DNA of 64,000 nucleotides from a virus. Position numbers and translations under genes: made by a program. The DNA lies in the IMG/VR virus record IMGVR_UViG_3300045988_175036, positions 1 to 64,000 of that record. One strand, given 5' to 3'. Shown here piece after piece: positions 6,561 through 12,867 of this stretch. The notes beneath the pieces are model-generated. The model was not told the origin of the DNA. It saw only the letters and a list, made by a program, of their open reading frames with translations, and ran no database searches. Positions within the stretch are counted from its first letter, which is position 1. Each line of letters starts with the position of its first letter.

Positions 6561-6899
6561 GCAAATAATTCTTTTCATTATCTGTTCAATAATACTGTGG
6601 CTATTCGGGATACAAAAAGGTAGTTTTATATTCAGTCTTTGTGCCTCGTTGAGAAGGTCTGCGCGAATGTTATCATATCCCGCAATGCTACTCAAAAGAC
6701 ACGTTCTTGCAATTTCTGCGTCGTGGTCTGCCTTTTTCCTGTCTGGCGTATTTTCTGGATAGAGATTGGTAGAGAGGATTGTTGCATAGGTGTCAAAAAC
6801 ACGCATTTCAAGTGTAAAAGTGCTTTCATGTAAACGTTCAATCCGATTATTGATTGCGGGATTGGTAGTTGGCTGAATTTTCTTTTTCTTTTTGAACAT
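6546..6899 (-). CDS. hypothetical protein (117 aa)
   Basis: AAGGAAG RBS, ATG at 6899. Confidence 0.65.
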   Translation of the reverse strand: MFKKKKKIQPTTNPAINNRIERLHESTFTLEMRVFDTYATILSTNLYPENTPDRKKADHDAEIARTCLLSSIAGYDNIRADLLNEAQRLNIKLPFCIPNSHSIIEQIMKRIICGNTR

Positions 6900-6933
6900 T
6901 TTGGAAACTTCCTTTCTTTTGTTTGGTAATTGT

Positions 6934-6990
6934 ATTATATCATAAGCATTTCAATTTGTCAATAATTTTTTTTAGACGGTTCACGTCTAA
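6934..6990 (-). promoter_or_regulatory. early cassette control region
   Basis: -10 TATAAT 6934-6939; -35 TTGACA 6957-6962 (17 nt); inverted repeat TTAGACG-GTTCA-CGTCTAA 6972-6990. Confidence 0.75.
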
Positions 6991-6991
6991 G

Positions 6992-7028
6992 ACAAAAAAC
7001 AGAAAAAGGTGACGCTCTATGCATCACC
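6992..7028 (-). terminator. rho-independent terminator overlapping the stop codon of 7024..7476
   Basis: GGTGACGC (7008-7015) / GCATCACC (7021-7028), with one G.U pair. Followed on the minus strand by TTTTTCTGTTTTTTG. Confidence 0.7.
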
Positions 7029-7476
7029 TAATTGAATGAAGGAAGTCAAAAATCTCTGTCGCGTCATATGCCACCATTCCTGCGTGCGTCCATTCTTCAC
7101 GATTTGGCTTTTCATCATCAAAAAGGAAACCGCCGCGTAACGTGCCAACTTCGCTTTTTGGTGTGCCGTAATGAACAATACAGATTTCATCGAATCGAAC
7201 GCTTTTTAAATGGCGCGAAAGCCATTCCATCTTCGCGCGGCGAACATCTTCAAGAAATTTTTCATCGCGGTCTTTGCTTCCCCATGATACTACACGAATT
7301 TTCCATCCCTTGCGCTGAATCGCGTTCAAACGTCGCGCCAGTCTTGAAAGATTGAGAAGTGCGCGCGCGTCTCTATATGGGCTTGCATCATGCGCGCGGA
7401 TTTTCGGAAGCCAATTTTCAACGCCGTAGAAATCGACAATTGTGCCGTCCATATCCAAACTAATAATTTTTTCCAT
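7024..7476 (-). CDS. HAD-superfamily phosphatase, 5'(3')-deoxyribonucleotidase-like (150 aa)
   Basis: N-terminal DMDGTIVDF (the DxDxT motif I), WGSK, and C-terminal FLFDDEKPN, as in NT5C-type nucleotidases. Confidence 0.55.
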   Translation of the reverse strand: MEKIISLDMDGTIVDFYGVENWLPKIRAHDASPYRDARALLNLSRLARRLNAIQRKGWKIRVVSWGSKDRDEKFLEDVRRAKMEWLSRHLKSVRFDEICIVHYGTPKSEVGTLRGGFLFDDEKPNREEWTHAGMVAYDATEIFDFLHSIR

Positions 7477-7505
7477 TTCAAAAACTCCTTTCTTTTTGTA
7501 TCTAA

Positions 7506-7605
7506 ATTATATCATAGTTTTCTTTTTTTGTCAATAAGAATTTTTATAAGTTTTTGTCATATAAGATGACATCAACAGTGGGAGTTTTAGACGATGAACG
7601 TCTAA
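7506..7605 (-). promoter_or_regulatory. early cassette control region with both palindrome types
   Basis: -10 TATAAT 7506-7511; -35 TTGACA 7529-7534 (17 nt); GTCATATAAGATGAC 7556-7570; TTAGACG-ATGAA-CGTCTAA 7587-7605. Confidence 0.75.
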
Positions 7606-7635
7606 TAAAAAAAGAGGACGCTTTATGCGTCCTCT
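7604..7635 (-). terminator. rho-independent terminator with the stop codon of 7623..7988 in its loop
   Basis: AGAGGACGC (7613-7621) / GCGTCCTCT (7627-7635); TAA at 7623-7625; followed on the minus strand by TTTTTTTATT. Confidence 0.8.
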
Positions 7636-7988
7636 CCTACGATTTCCCGAATATCATCAGGAAGTAGTTCACAAATTCTTGACATAATGTCAACCGCAGT
7701 CAACCATCCTTCAACTTCGTCTCCAACTTCTTCTTCATTGACAAGCGGCGCGCCCAGTGCTTCAATCAGCCCGCGCTCATGCCCATAACTTCCATAATGG
7801 CACACGCAATCCGCTACCCGCTCGCCCGTGCAAGCGTCCATAAAGATAACTTGAGGGCGCCCGCAAAATTTCACAACAGAATAAGTATATTTTATTGGTG
7901 GGAAAATCTTCAAGTAGTTAATAAGTTTGTCCATTTCTGTATTTTCAGGAATACCGCCATACATTTCTTCGAGTGCTTTATAATCCAT
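7623..7988 (-). CDS. hypothetical protein (121 aa)
   Basis: AAAGGAG RBS, ATG at 7988, C-terminus ..GEDA. Confidence 0.65.
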   Translation of the reverse strand: MDYKALEEMYGGIPENTEMDKLINYLKIFPPIKYTYSVVKFCGRPQVIFMDACTGERVADCVCHYGSYGHERGLIEALGAPLVNEEEVGDEVEGWLTAVDIMSRICELLPDDIREIVGEDA

Positions 7989-8022
7989 TTTAGAATCTCC
8001 TTTTCTTTTATTTGGTAACTAA

Positions 8023-8080
8023 ATTATAACACAAAAAATAAAAAAAGTCAAGAACTTTTTATTAGACGAAGCACGTCTAA
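8023..8080 (-). promoter_or_regulatory. early cassette control region
   Basis: -10 TATAAT 8023-8028; -35 TTGACT 8046-8051 (17 nt); inverted repeat TTAGACG-AAGCA-CGTCTAA 8062-8080. Confidence 0.75.
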
Positions 8081-8089
8081 TTTCCCACT

Positions 8090-8299
8090 AGAAGAAACGC
8101 GCGGTGATGGTTGCCCGCGCATTTCAATGTAAACAAAACAAAATCATGAAGAATTATTTTAGAAAGGAGATTTCCATCACACTGACCTTCTGTCAAAATC
8201 AGTGAAATGTATAACTAATTTTCTCCAACCATCAGAAGAAAATTAGAACCAATGAGAAGATTTTTCCTAACCCACCCACAACCATCTTCTCTTGATTAC
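8090..8299 (-). ncRNA. candidate phage-encoded structured ncRNA of about 210 nt (no credible ORF)
   Basis: Lies between a consensus promoter (-10 at 8306-8311, -35 at 8329-8334) and a GC-rich terminator: top-strand arms CGCGCGG 8098-8104 and CCGCGC 8114-8119, then a minus-strand GTTTCTTCT run. Internal hairpins at 8254-8291, 8215-8246 and 8180-8204. The longest ATG ORF is 17 codons and has no properly spaced RBS. Confidence 0.5.
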
Positions 8300-8305
8300 G
8301 TAATT

Positions 8306-8459
8306 ATTATAGCATGTTTCATGTGGTTTGTCAAGAGGAATTTCAAAATTTCTGGAAATTATTTTTGTAAAATTTTCTGAAATTCTTTCCTCTAACTATG
8401 TATATCATACTATATTTTCTGAAAAAGTCAAGAAAAACTTTTAGACGAAAAACGTCTAA
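8306..8459 (-). promoter_or_regulatory. tandem-promoter control region upstream of the candidate ncRNA
   Basis: Proximal promoter: -10 TATAAT 8306-8311, -35 TTGACA 8329-8334 (17 nt). Distal promoter: -10 TATGAT 8404-8409, -35 TTGACT 8426-8431 (16 nt). TTAGACG-AAAAA-CGTCTAA at 8441-8459. TTYCAGAAAWT direct repeats lie between the two promoters. Confidence 0.7.
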
Positions 8460-8465
8460 ATTGAT

Positions 8466-8499
8466 GTAGAAAAAGAGTTGACGCATTACGCGTCAACTC
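8466..8499 (-). terminator. rho-independent terminator with the stop codon of 8486..8884 in its loop
   Basis: GAGTTGACGC (8475-8484) / GCGTCAACTC (8490-8499); TAA at 8486-8488; followed on the minus strand by TTTTTCTAC. Confidence 0.75.
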
Positions 8500-8884
8500 C
8501 ATAGGTCTTCATTTCTTTTTTCAATTCTTCAATTTTATCAGCAGGAAGATACCAACGATAATGTTCTTCATCATAAAGATAAAGCCCAGTCGTTTTTCGA
8601 TTATTGCCGCCGTCGATGCTCCACGGAGAGATAATTCCACAGAATCTGAAAACTTCCTCGACAAAAGGAATTGCGCTCTCATCTTCAATATAAATTCCCC
8701 AAATCTCATCATAAAAACTAGCAATTACAGTATCAAAAGAAAGAACTTGTTTGTTCCCATTGAAAAAGATGACGCCGTTGAGATGGTCACCGATTTTTTC
8801 TAAAATTTCGTGTCGCTGGCATTCAATTTCATTGTCAAAAACCTGCCCGCAGAGGTCGCAAACATATTTTGTAATAGTAGTCAT
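8486..8884 (-). CDS. hypothetical protein (132 aa) with an N-terminal C2H2-like zinc finger
   Basis: CDLC..(x12)..H.ILEKIGDH pattern (YVCDLCGQVFDNEIECQRHE). AAAGGGG RBS. C-terminus ..GVDA. Confidence 0.65.
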   Translation of the reverse strand: MTTITKYVCDLCGQVFDNEIECQRHEILEKIGDHLNGVIFFNGNKQVLSFDTVIASFYDEIWGIYIEDESAIPFVEEVFRFCGIISPWSIDGGNNRKTTGLYLYDEEHYRWYLPADKIEELKKEMKTYGVDA

Positions 8885-8913
8885 TTTTTATTCCCCTTTC
8901 ATTTGGTATTTGT

Positions 8914-8971
8914 ATTATATCATAGAATTTTTCTTTTGTCAAGAATTTTTATTTAGACGGCAAACGTCTAA
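8914..8971 (-). promoter_or_regulatory. early cassette control region
   Basis: -10 TATAAT 8914-8919; -35 TTGACA 8937-8942 (17 nt); inverted repeat TTAGACG-GCAAA-CGTCTAA 8953-8971. Confidence 0.75.
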
Positions 8972-8977
8972 AATTTT

Positions 8978-9012
8978 CTAGGAGAGAAATGACGCGTTAT
9001 GCGTCATCTCTC
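8978..9012 (-). terminator. hairpin with the stop codon of 8997..9227 in its loop
   Basis: ATGACGC (8989-8995) / GCGTCAT (9001-9007), extendable with a bulge. TAA at 8997-8999. Moderate U-run. Confidence 0.55.
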
Positions 9013-9227
9013 AAGATTTCTTCGTTCAAAATATAACAATTGCCGTTGTCTTGAATTTCGATATTGCTCAAAACATTTTCCAATTCATCAACGGCTCTTT
9101 GTAATTCGTTGTTCCGTGTAAATTGCAACGCATTTCTCAACCAGCACCGTGCGTTATTGATATCAGCAAATTCTTTGTCTGAAAAAGAAATCTGCCGTCT
9201 TTTGATGGTAATATTTTCAATCTTCAT
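8997..9227 (-). CDS. hypothetical protein (76 aa)
   Basis: GAAGGAG RBS. ATGA overlap with the upstream ORF. C-terminus ..RDDA. Confidence 0.65.
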   Translation of the reverse strand: MKIENITIKRRQISFSDKEFADINNARCWLRNALQFTRNNELQRAVDELENVLSNIEIQDNGNCYILNEEILRDDA

Positions 9228-9391
9228 TTCAAAAACACTCCTTCAAAAATTTTGAAAATATTCCAATTTGCGAGAAATGGCCGCGCGAAAATCACATTGA
9301 AATAAGAAAAAATAAGCCAAAGAATTACAAGGATTCCAATTACACCAAAGAAATTTCCAAAAAATTTTTTAGTCTTCATAGACTTGCGCAT
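9224..9391 (-). CDS. small membrane protein (55 aa; alternative upstream start at 9442)
   Basis: Hydrophobic stretch FFGNFFGVIGILVILWLIFSYF. ATG at 9391 chosen because the upstream part of the track ORF overlaps the better-supported 9369..9506 ORF. Confidence 0.5.
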   Translation of the reverse strand: MRKSMKTKKFFGNFFGVIGILVILWLIFSYFNVIFARPFLANWNIFKIFEGVFLK

Positions 9392-9506
9392 AACAAATCC
9401 ACTCCAAAATGTAAAGATTAGCACGTCGCATTGCATCTTCAAAAGTCAATCCAAAAACAACTGCGCGTTTAGAAGTTTTGACGTTCTTGATAAAGTAAGT
9501 ATTCAT
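9369..9506 (-). CDS. small hypothetical protein (45 aa)
   Basis: AAAGGAGA RBS 6 nt before the ATG at 9506, directly downstream of a consensus promoter. Translation MNTYFIKNVKTSKRAVVFGLTFEDAMRRANLYILEWICYAQVYED. Below the track cutoff. Confidence 0.5.
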   Translation of the reverse strand: MNTYFIKNVKTSKRAVVFGLTFEDAMRRANLYILEWICYAQVYED

Positions 9507-9529
9507 TGTTTTCTCCTTTCTTTGGTTAT

Positions 9530-9586
9530 ATTATATCAGAATTTTTTGAAAAAGTCAAGAATTTTTTTTAGACGAATTACGTCTAA
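9530..9586 (-). promoter_or_regulatory. early cassette control region (drives the three-ORF unit 9506->8997)
   Basis: -10 TATAAT 9530-9535; -35 TTGACT 9553-9558 (17 nt); inverted repeat TTAGACG-AATTA-CGTCTAA 9568-9586. Confidence 0.75.
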
Positions 9587-9601
9587 GAAATTAGAGCTGA
9601 T

Positions 9602-9775
9602 TCAAGTCCAGCTCTTTCCTTCCAGATTTGGCAAAATTGTCAGCTTATAAACGCAGCTTCCAGCTTGTATATAGCTTTGGATGAGAGAAGGCAGCTCATC
9701 CAAAGTACCAATGTTGTCTTCGCTGATACCATGCTGGCCCTTGAAGCCGTTGTCATGTTCTACCAAAACTGTCAT
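9602..9775 (-). CDS. small hypothetical protein (57 aa)
   Basis: GGAAGGAG RBS, ATG at 9775, translation MTVLVEHDNGFKGQHGISEDNIG... Followed by the hairpin AGAGCTG..CAGCTCT (about 9592-9614). Below the track cutoff. Confidence 0.5.
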   Translation of the reverse strand: MTVLVEHDNGFKGQHGISEDNIGTLDELPSLIQSYIQAGSCVYKLTILPNLEGKSWT

Positions 9776-9852
9776 GATATATTACTCCTTCCATGTTATA
9801 CGACATTCTAATAAACTCTGGACAATATTCATTTTCCGCCGTCATTGCCTAT

Positions 9853-10030
9853 ATTATATCACATAATAGCGAAAAGTCAAGTCCTCTAACATGACAAAAT
9901 GGCGTCTAATAGTTAGACGAACTCCGTCTAAAAATGAATAAAAGTCACATAAGATGACTTAGACGAGCCACGTCTAAAAGTCATACTACATTGCTTTTAG
10001 ACGTGACCGGGTGATGTCATGTAAAGTGAC
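9853..10030 (-). promoter_or_regulatory. promoter with a dense upstream cluster of both palindrome types
   Basis: -10 TATAAT 9853-9858; -35 TTGACT 9875-9880 (16 nt). Half-site CGTCTAA 9903-9909. Full TTAGACG-N5-CGTCTAA at 9913-9931 and 9959-9977. GTCACATAAGATGAC 9944-9958. Half-site TTAGACG 9997-10003. GTCATGTAAAGTGAC 10016-10030. Confidence 0.7.
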
Positions 10031-10035
10031 ATCAA

Positions 10036-10068
10036 TTGATAAAAGAAAAGACGCTTTACGCGTCTTTT
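10036..10068 (-). terminator. rho-independent terminator with the stop codon of 10056..10310 in its loop
   Basis: AAAAGACGC (10046-10054) / GCGTCTTTT (10060-10068); TAA at 10056-10058; followed on the minus strand by CTTTTATC. Confidence 0.65.
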
Positions 10069-10310
10069 CCTACATAAACGATGATTTCATGGTCTCTTGT
10101 CAACTCAAGTCCTTTGACGTACCATCTTTCAATCTCATCGGGAAAGAGGACTTCACCTGTTGCAGAGTTGATATAGCGGCCACAGCCGTCGTTCTCGTAA
10201 TTTGAATTGTCATACGTCCATTCAGCGCCCGTTTCATCGTCATAAACGTATTCGGGATAAGCATATGCAACATAATCGCAGAAGTCCGCTAAAGTAATAG
10301 TTTTTTTCAT
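10056..10310 (-). CDS. hypothetical protein (84 aa; alternative start at 10334)
   Basis: GAAAGGAA RBS before the ATG at 10310 (MKKTITLADF..). C-terminus ..GKDA. Confidence 0.6.
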   Translation of the reverse strand: MKKTITLADFCDYVAYAYPEYVYDDETGAEWTYDNSNYENDGCGRYINSATGEVLFPDEIERWYVKGLELTRDHEIIVYVGKDA

Positions 10311-10359
10311 TTTACATTCCTTTCTGCCCGTCATGCCGATAGCTCAGCGTCATGTCATT

Positions 10360-10593
10360 TTACGCGTTCCAGCTCAAGTTTTCCCACTGTCCCACAGGTT
10401 CTCCGTATTTCTGAGCGGTGATAACCTTGCCGCTGATTCGCTCTTGCAAGACATATCCTAGCTCAGCGCCATTTTCAAGCGCGAGAACCAGATAGTCGGC
10501 GATTGTGTCGGCGTCTCCATATGTGGGGAAGTATTGCTCTCTGATTTCCTCTGTCCGAGAGAAACGGACAACCACGCGATAATTCATTTCCAT
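10360..10593 (-). CDS. hypothetical protein (77 aa)
   Basis: GGAAGGAG RBS, ATG at 10593. Confidence 0.6.
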   Translation of the reverse strand: MEMNYRVVVRFSRTEEIREQYFPTYGDADTIADYLVLALENGAELGYVLQERISGKVITAQKYGEPVGQWENLSWNA

Positions 10594-10629
10594 GTTACAT
10601 AGCTCCTTCCATTTTACGGGACTGGGCGC

Positions 10630-11130
10630 TTAGAGCGCCCATCCATTGTCCAACCATTCGGAAAACGGCATTGCCTGCGCGCAGGCAACAGCGCGTTCAA
10701 GCATTTCAAGTAACTTGAAATACTTCTTGCCGTGCGGAGCATTCAGTTTACCATTCCAAAATGTTTGGATAGTTATTTTACGCTCCCCATTGCTACTAGT
10801 CTTTTCGCGGAGAAGTCCAGCTTCTGACAGGACTTCAAGAAAAGTGTCCCGTCTCATGACATAGGCTCTCTGCCCTGCCAATTCTTTGCCCGGATCGATG
10901 ACCGGGCAATAAATCACATAACGTGACCCCTTGACCAGCTTGTCACCTAACCGGCCAAGCTCGCCGGCCCCCGATTTGATTTCATAGCACTGCGCAGCAC
11001 GGCGCATATCCGTGCGACCGGGCGCCGCCACTTTAGATTTCATATGCAGCGTCTCTTTACAGAGACGTTCAAACGCCTTGCCGTTCCGCCCGCAGTCTGT
11101 ATCTAAATAATTGTACTTTTCAATATTCAT
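10630..11130 (-). CDS. hypothetical protein (166 aa) with a PD-(D/E)xK-like motif
   Basis: GRTDMRRAAQCYEIKSG fits D-x8-E-x-K. First gene of a three-gene unit with no internal promoter. Confidence 0.55.
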   Translation of the reverse strand: MNIEKYNYLDTDCGRNGKAFERLCKETLHMKSKVAAPGRTDMRRAAQCYEIKSGAGELGRLGDKLVKGSRYVIYCPVIDPGKELAGQRAYVMRRDTFLEVLSEAGLLREKTSSNGERKITIQTFWNGKLNAPHGKKYFKLLEMLERAVACAQAMPFSEWLDNGWAL

Positions 11131-11194
11131 CTTTTATTCTCACTTTCCCGCCGTCTTTCCGGCGTGTCGTTGTTTTGTTTTTGTTTACGCTCTT

Positions 11195-11223
11195 ATTATA
11201 GCAATAGCGTCTAAGAATGTCAA
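11195..11223 (-). promoter_or_regulatory. leftward promoter of the divergent control region
   Basis: -35 TTGACA 11218-11223, 17-nt spacer, -10 TATAAT 11195-11200. A CGTCTAA half-site (11208-11214) sits inside the spacer. Confidence 0.7.
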
Positions 11224-11440
11224 CAACTTTTTTCACTAGTTTGTCGCATAACATTCCGTCAATTTCAACAAACTCAAGTCATGTTATATAGTAGGCTCTT
11301 GTGCAGAATGACGAACCGAAGAATGACGTATAACGGGGTGGGTTTTGTCGTTTGACATGACAAAATATAGACCGGGGTACATTTAGTAATTTTACTTTTT
11401 CTATGACGCGTTACATTTCGGGGCCTCGCAACTTTTCTCA

Positions 11441-11480
11441 CTGAAATTAGAAACTGAAATTAGAAACTGAAATTTCTCAC
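11441..11480. repeat. 13-bp tandem repeat CTGAAATTAGAAA x2.5, flanked by TCTCAC
   Basis: Units at 11441-11453 and 11454-11466, partial copy at 11467-11480. AAATTAGAAACT recurs at 11535-11546, downstream of the rightward -10. Confidence 0.8.
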
Positions 11481-11503
11481 TTGACCAAGGTCATCGAGAA
11501 AAT

Positions 11504-11532
11504 TTGACTTCGCCCCAAAATTTCGTTATAAT
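11504..11532 (+). promoter_or_regulatory. rightward promoter at the head of the structural block
   Basis: -35 TTGACT 11504-11509, 17-nt spacer, -10 TATAAT 11527-11532. Confidence 0.65.
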
Positions 11533-11568
11533 CTAAATTAGAAACTATGAACGGAGGGCTTATATGAA

Positions 11569-12867
11569 ATGCCTAAACGAAATCGCTTACAGCTAGACTT
11601 CTCGCTTTCTTCGGCAGAAGAACGTCAAGTCTTTCTCACGAAATATCTTGAAACCTTAGCGTTTACGCCAACTTCATCCGAACTAGAGCTAATGGCCGAC
11701 TATGTTCTATGGGGAGATAAGAATTCTGACGAAACCATTGAACTAGAAACCTTCTGGAAAAAGAAAGAAAAAAAAGTCGAGTCTCTTGACGAATTACAAG
11801 AAAACCCCACTTTCCTCGAAGCACGTCTTGCTTCTCCTTACGTCGCTCCAAAAACTCAAAAAACGCGTCGAGTCTTTTCTCGTGAAGAAGCTCGCTCTTT
11901 CGCTTCTCCCTATGTGCTCGCGCACCTTGAAGACCTTTGGCGCGAAATTGATACGCTCGACCTCGAAACTCGCTTCTATGAAAACTTTATTGGCCGTCAG
12001 GCCAAGCCTCCCCGCAGTCAGCTCCTTGAACGTTTTACTTCGGCGGAAGCCGAAGAAATTCGCGCGCGCGCCCAATCGCTAACCGAATATGCTTACTTGA
12101 AGAAACGAAAACTTCTAGTTGAGAAACGTTCTGAACAATATCCATGGCGTGATACTTACGCGGCCCCTCTAATCCAGCGTCACACCCCCACTATTGTCCA
12201 AGACCCCGTACCTCCTCCGCTCCTAAACGCAGATATTCCCATTCTTCCACTCGGAAACCTCCCAATTCAACTGGCTCCAAAAATTTTCCCTTCCTCCGGT
12301 GAGTTTCCAACTCCCGGCACTCTAACCCCAGACGAAGAAAAGCTTCTCTCCAAAACCATCTGGCGCGAACCCTCAAATGCGCCGAACTCATTTGATTTCC
12401 GTGACCCAGCACACCTCGCTTCTTTTATCTCTCTTTATTCTGAGCTTTTGCCCGACCAAAACTCTGATGAAGGCCTTCAAGCCCTTTTTTCCACTTTTAC
12501 CTATTACCAAAAACTCGCACGACTTTCACCTCTCTACCTCGACATATTGCGCGCGAAGGTCGAACACGAAACCAACACTAAAATTGTAGAGAAGATAGCA
12601 TCAAAATACGGCAAATCCTATGGCGAAAATTATATTTCAACTCTTTATCGCCAAAAGATATTGCCAAAAATAGCCGCAGCGGCGTCCGCGCATTACCAAG
12701 TTACTTCGGAGTTATTTTTCCCCGAAAACTTCAAAACGTGTAAGGATTGCGCGCGCACGCTACTTAGGACTCCAGATTACTTTATGCGCAAAGCGAAATC
12801 TTCAGATGGCTTTTCACCCCGTTGCAAAGCTTGCGAAAAAGCGCTGCGCGAAAGGAGGAAAAATTGA
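11569..12867 (+). CDS. hypothetical protein (432 aa) with a C-terminal CxxC..CxxC zinc ribbon
   Basis: GGAGGG RBS. C-terminus CKDCARTLLRTPDYF...PRCKAC resembles the N-terminal ribbon of 13130..14125. Confidence 0.7.
   Translation: MPKRNRLQLDFSLSSAEERQVFLTKYLETLAFTPTSSELELMADYVLWGDKNSDETIELETFWKKKEKKVESLDELQENPTFLEARLASPYVAPKTQKTRRVFSREEARSFASPYVLAHLEDLWREIDTLDLETRFYENFIGRQAKPPRSQLLERFTSAEAEEIRARAQSLTEYAYLKKRKLLVEKRSEQYPWRDTYAAPLIQRHTPTIVQDPVPPPLLNADIPILPLGNLPIQLAPKIFPSSGEFPTPGTLTPDEEKLLSKTIWREPSNAPNSFDFRDPAHLASFISLYSELLPDQNSDEGLQALFSTFTYYQKLARLSPLYLDILRAKVEHETNTKIVEKIASKYGKSYGENYISTLYRQKILPKIAAAASAHYQVTSELFFPENFKTCKDCARTLLRTPDYFMRKAKSSDGFSPRCKACEKALRERRKN

Noticed and set aside
2689-9977. 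The regularly spaced identical repeats as a CRISPR array
   Set aside because: The repeats are only 19 bp, internally palindromic with a variable centre, and spaced 300-600 bp apart. The spacers are complete promoter-RBS-ORF-terminator genes. No cas genes or leader are present.
2689-9977. TTAGACG-N5-CGTCTAA as simply the rho-independent terminator of each cassette
   Set aside because: The stem is 7 bp and AT-rich. It is followed by A-runs as often as T-runs. A separate GC-rich hairpin with a proper U-run already sits just upstream of it in most cassettes. A back-up hairpin role is not excluded.
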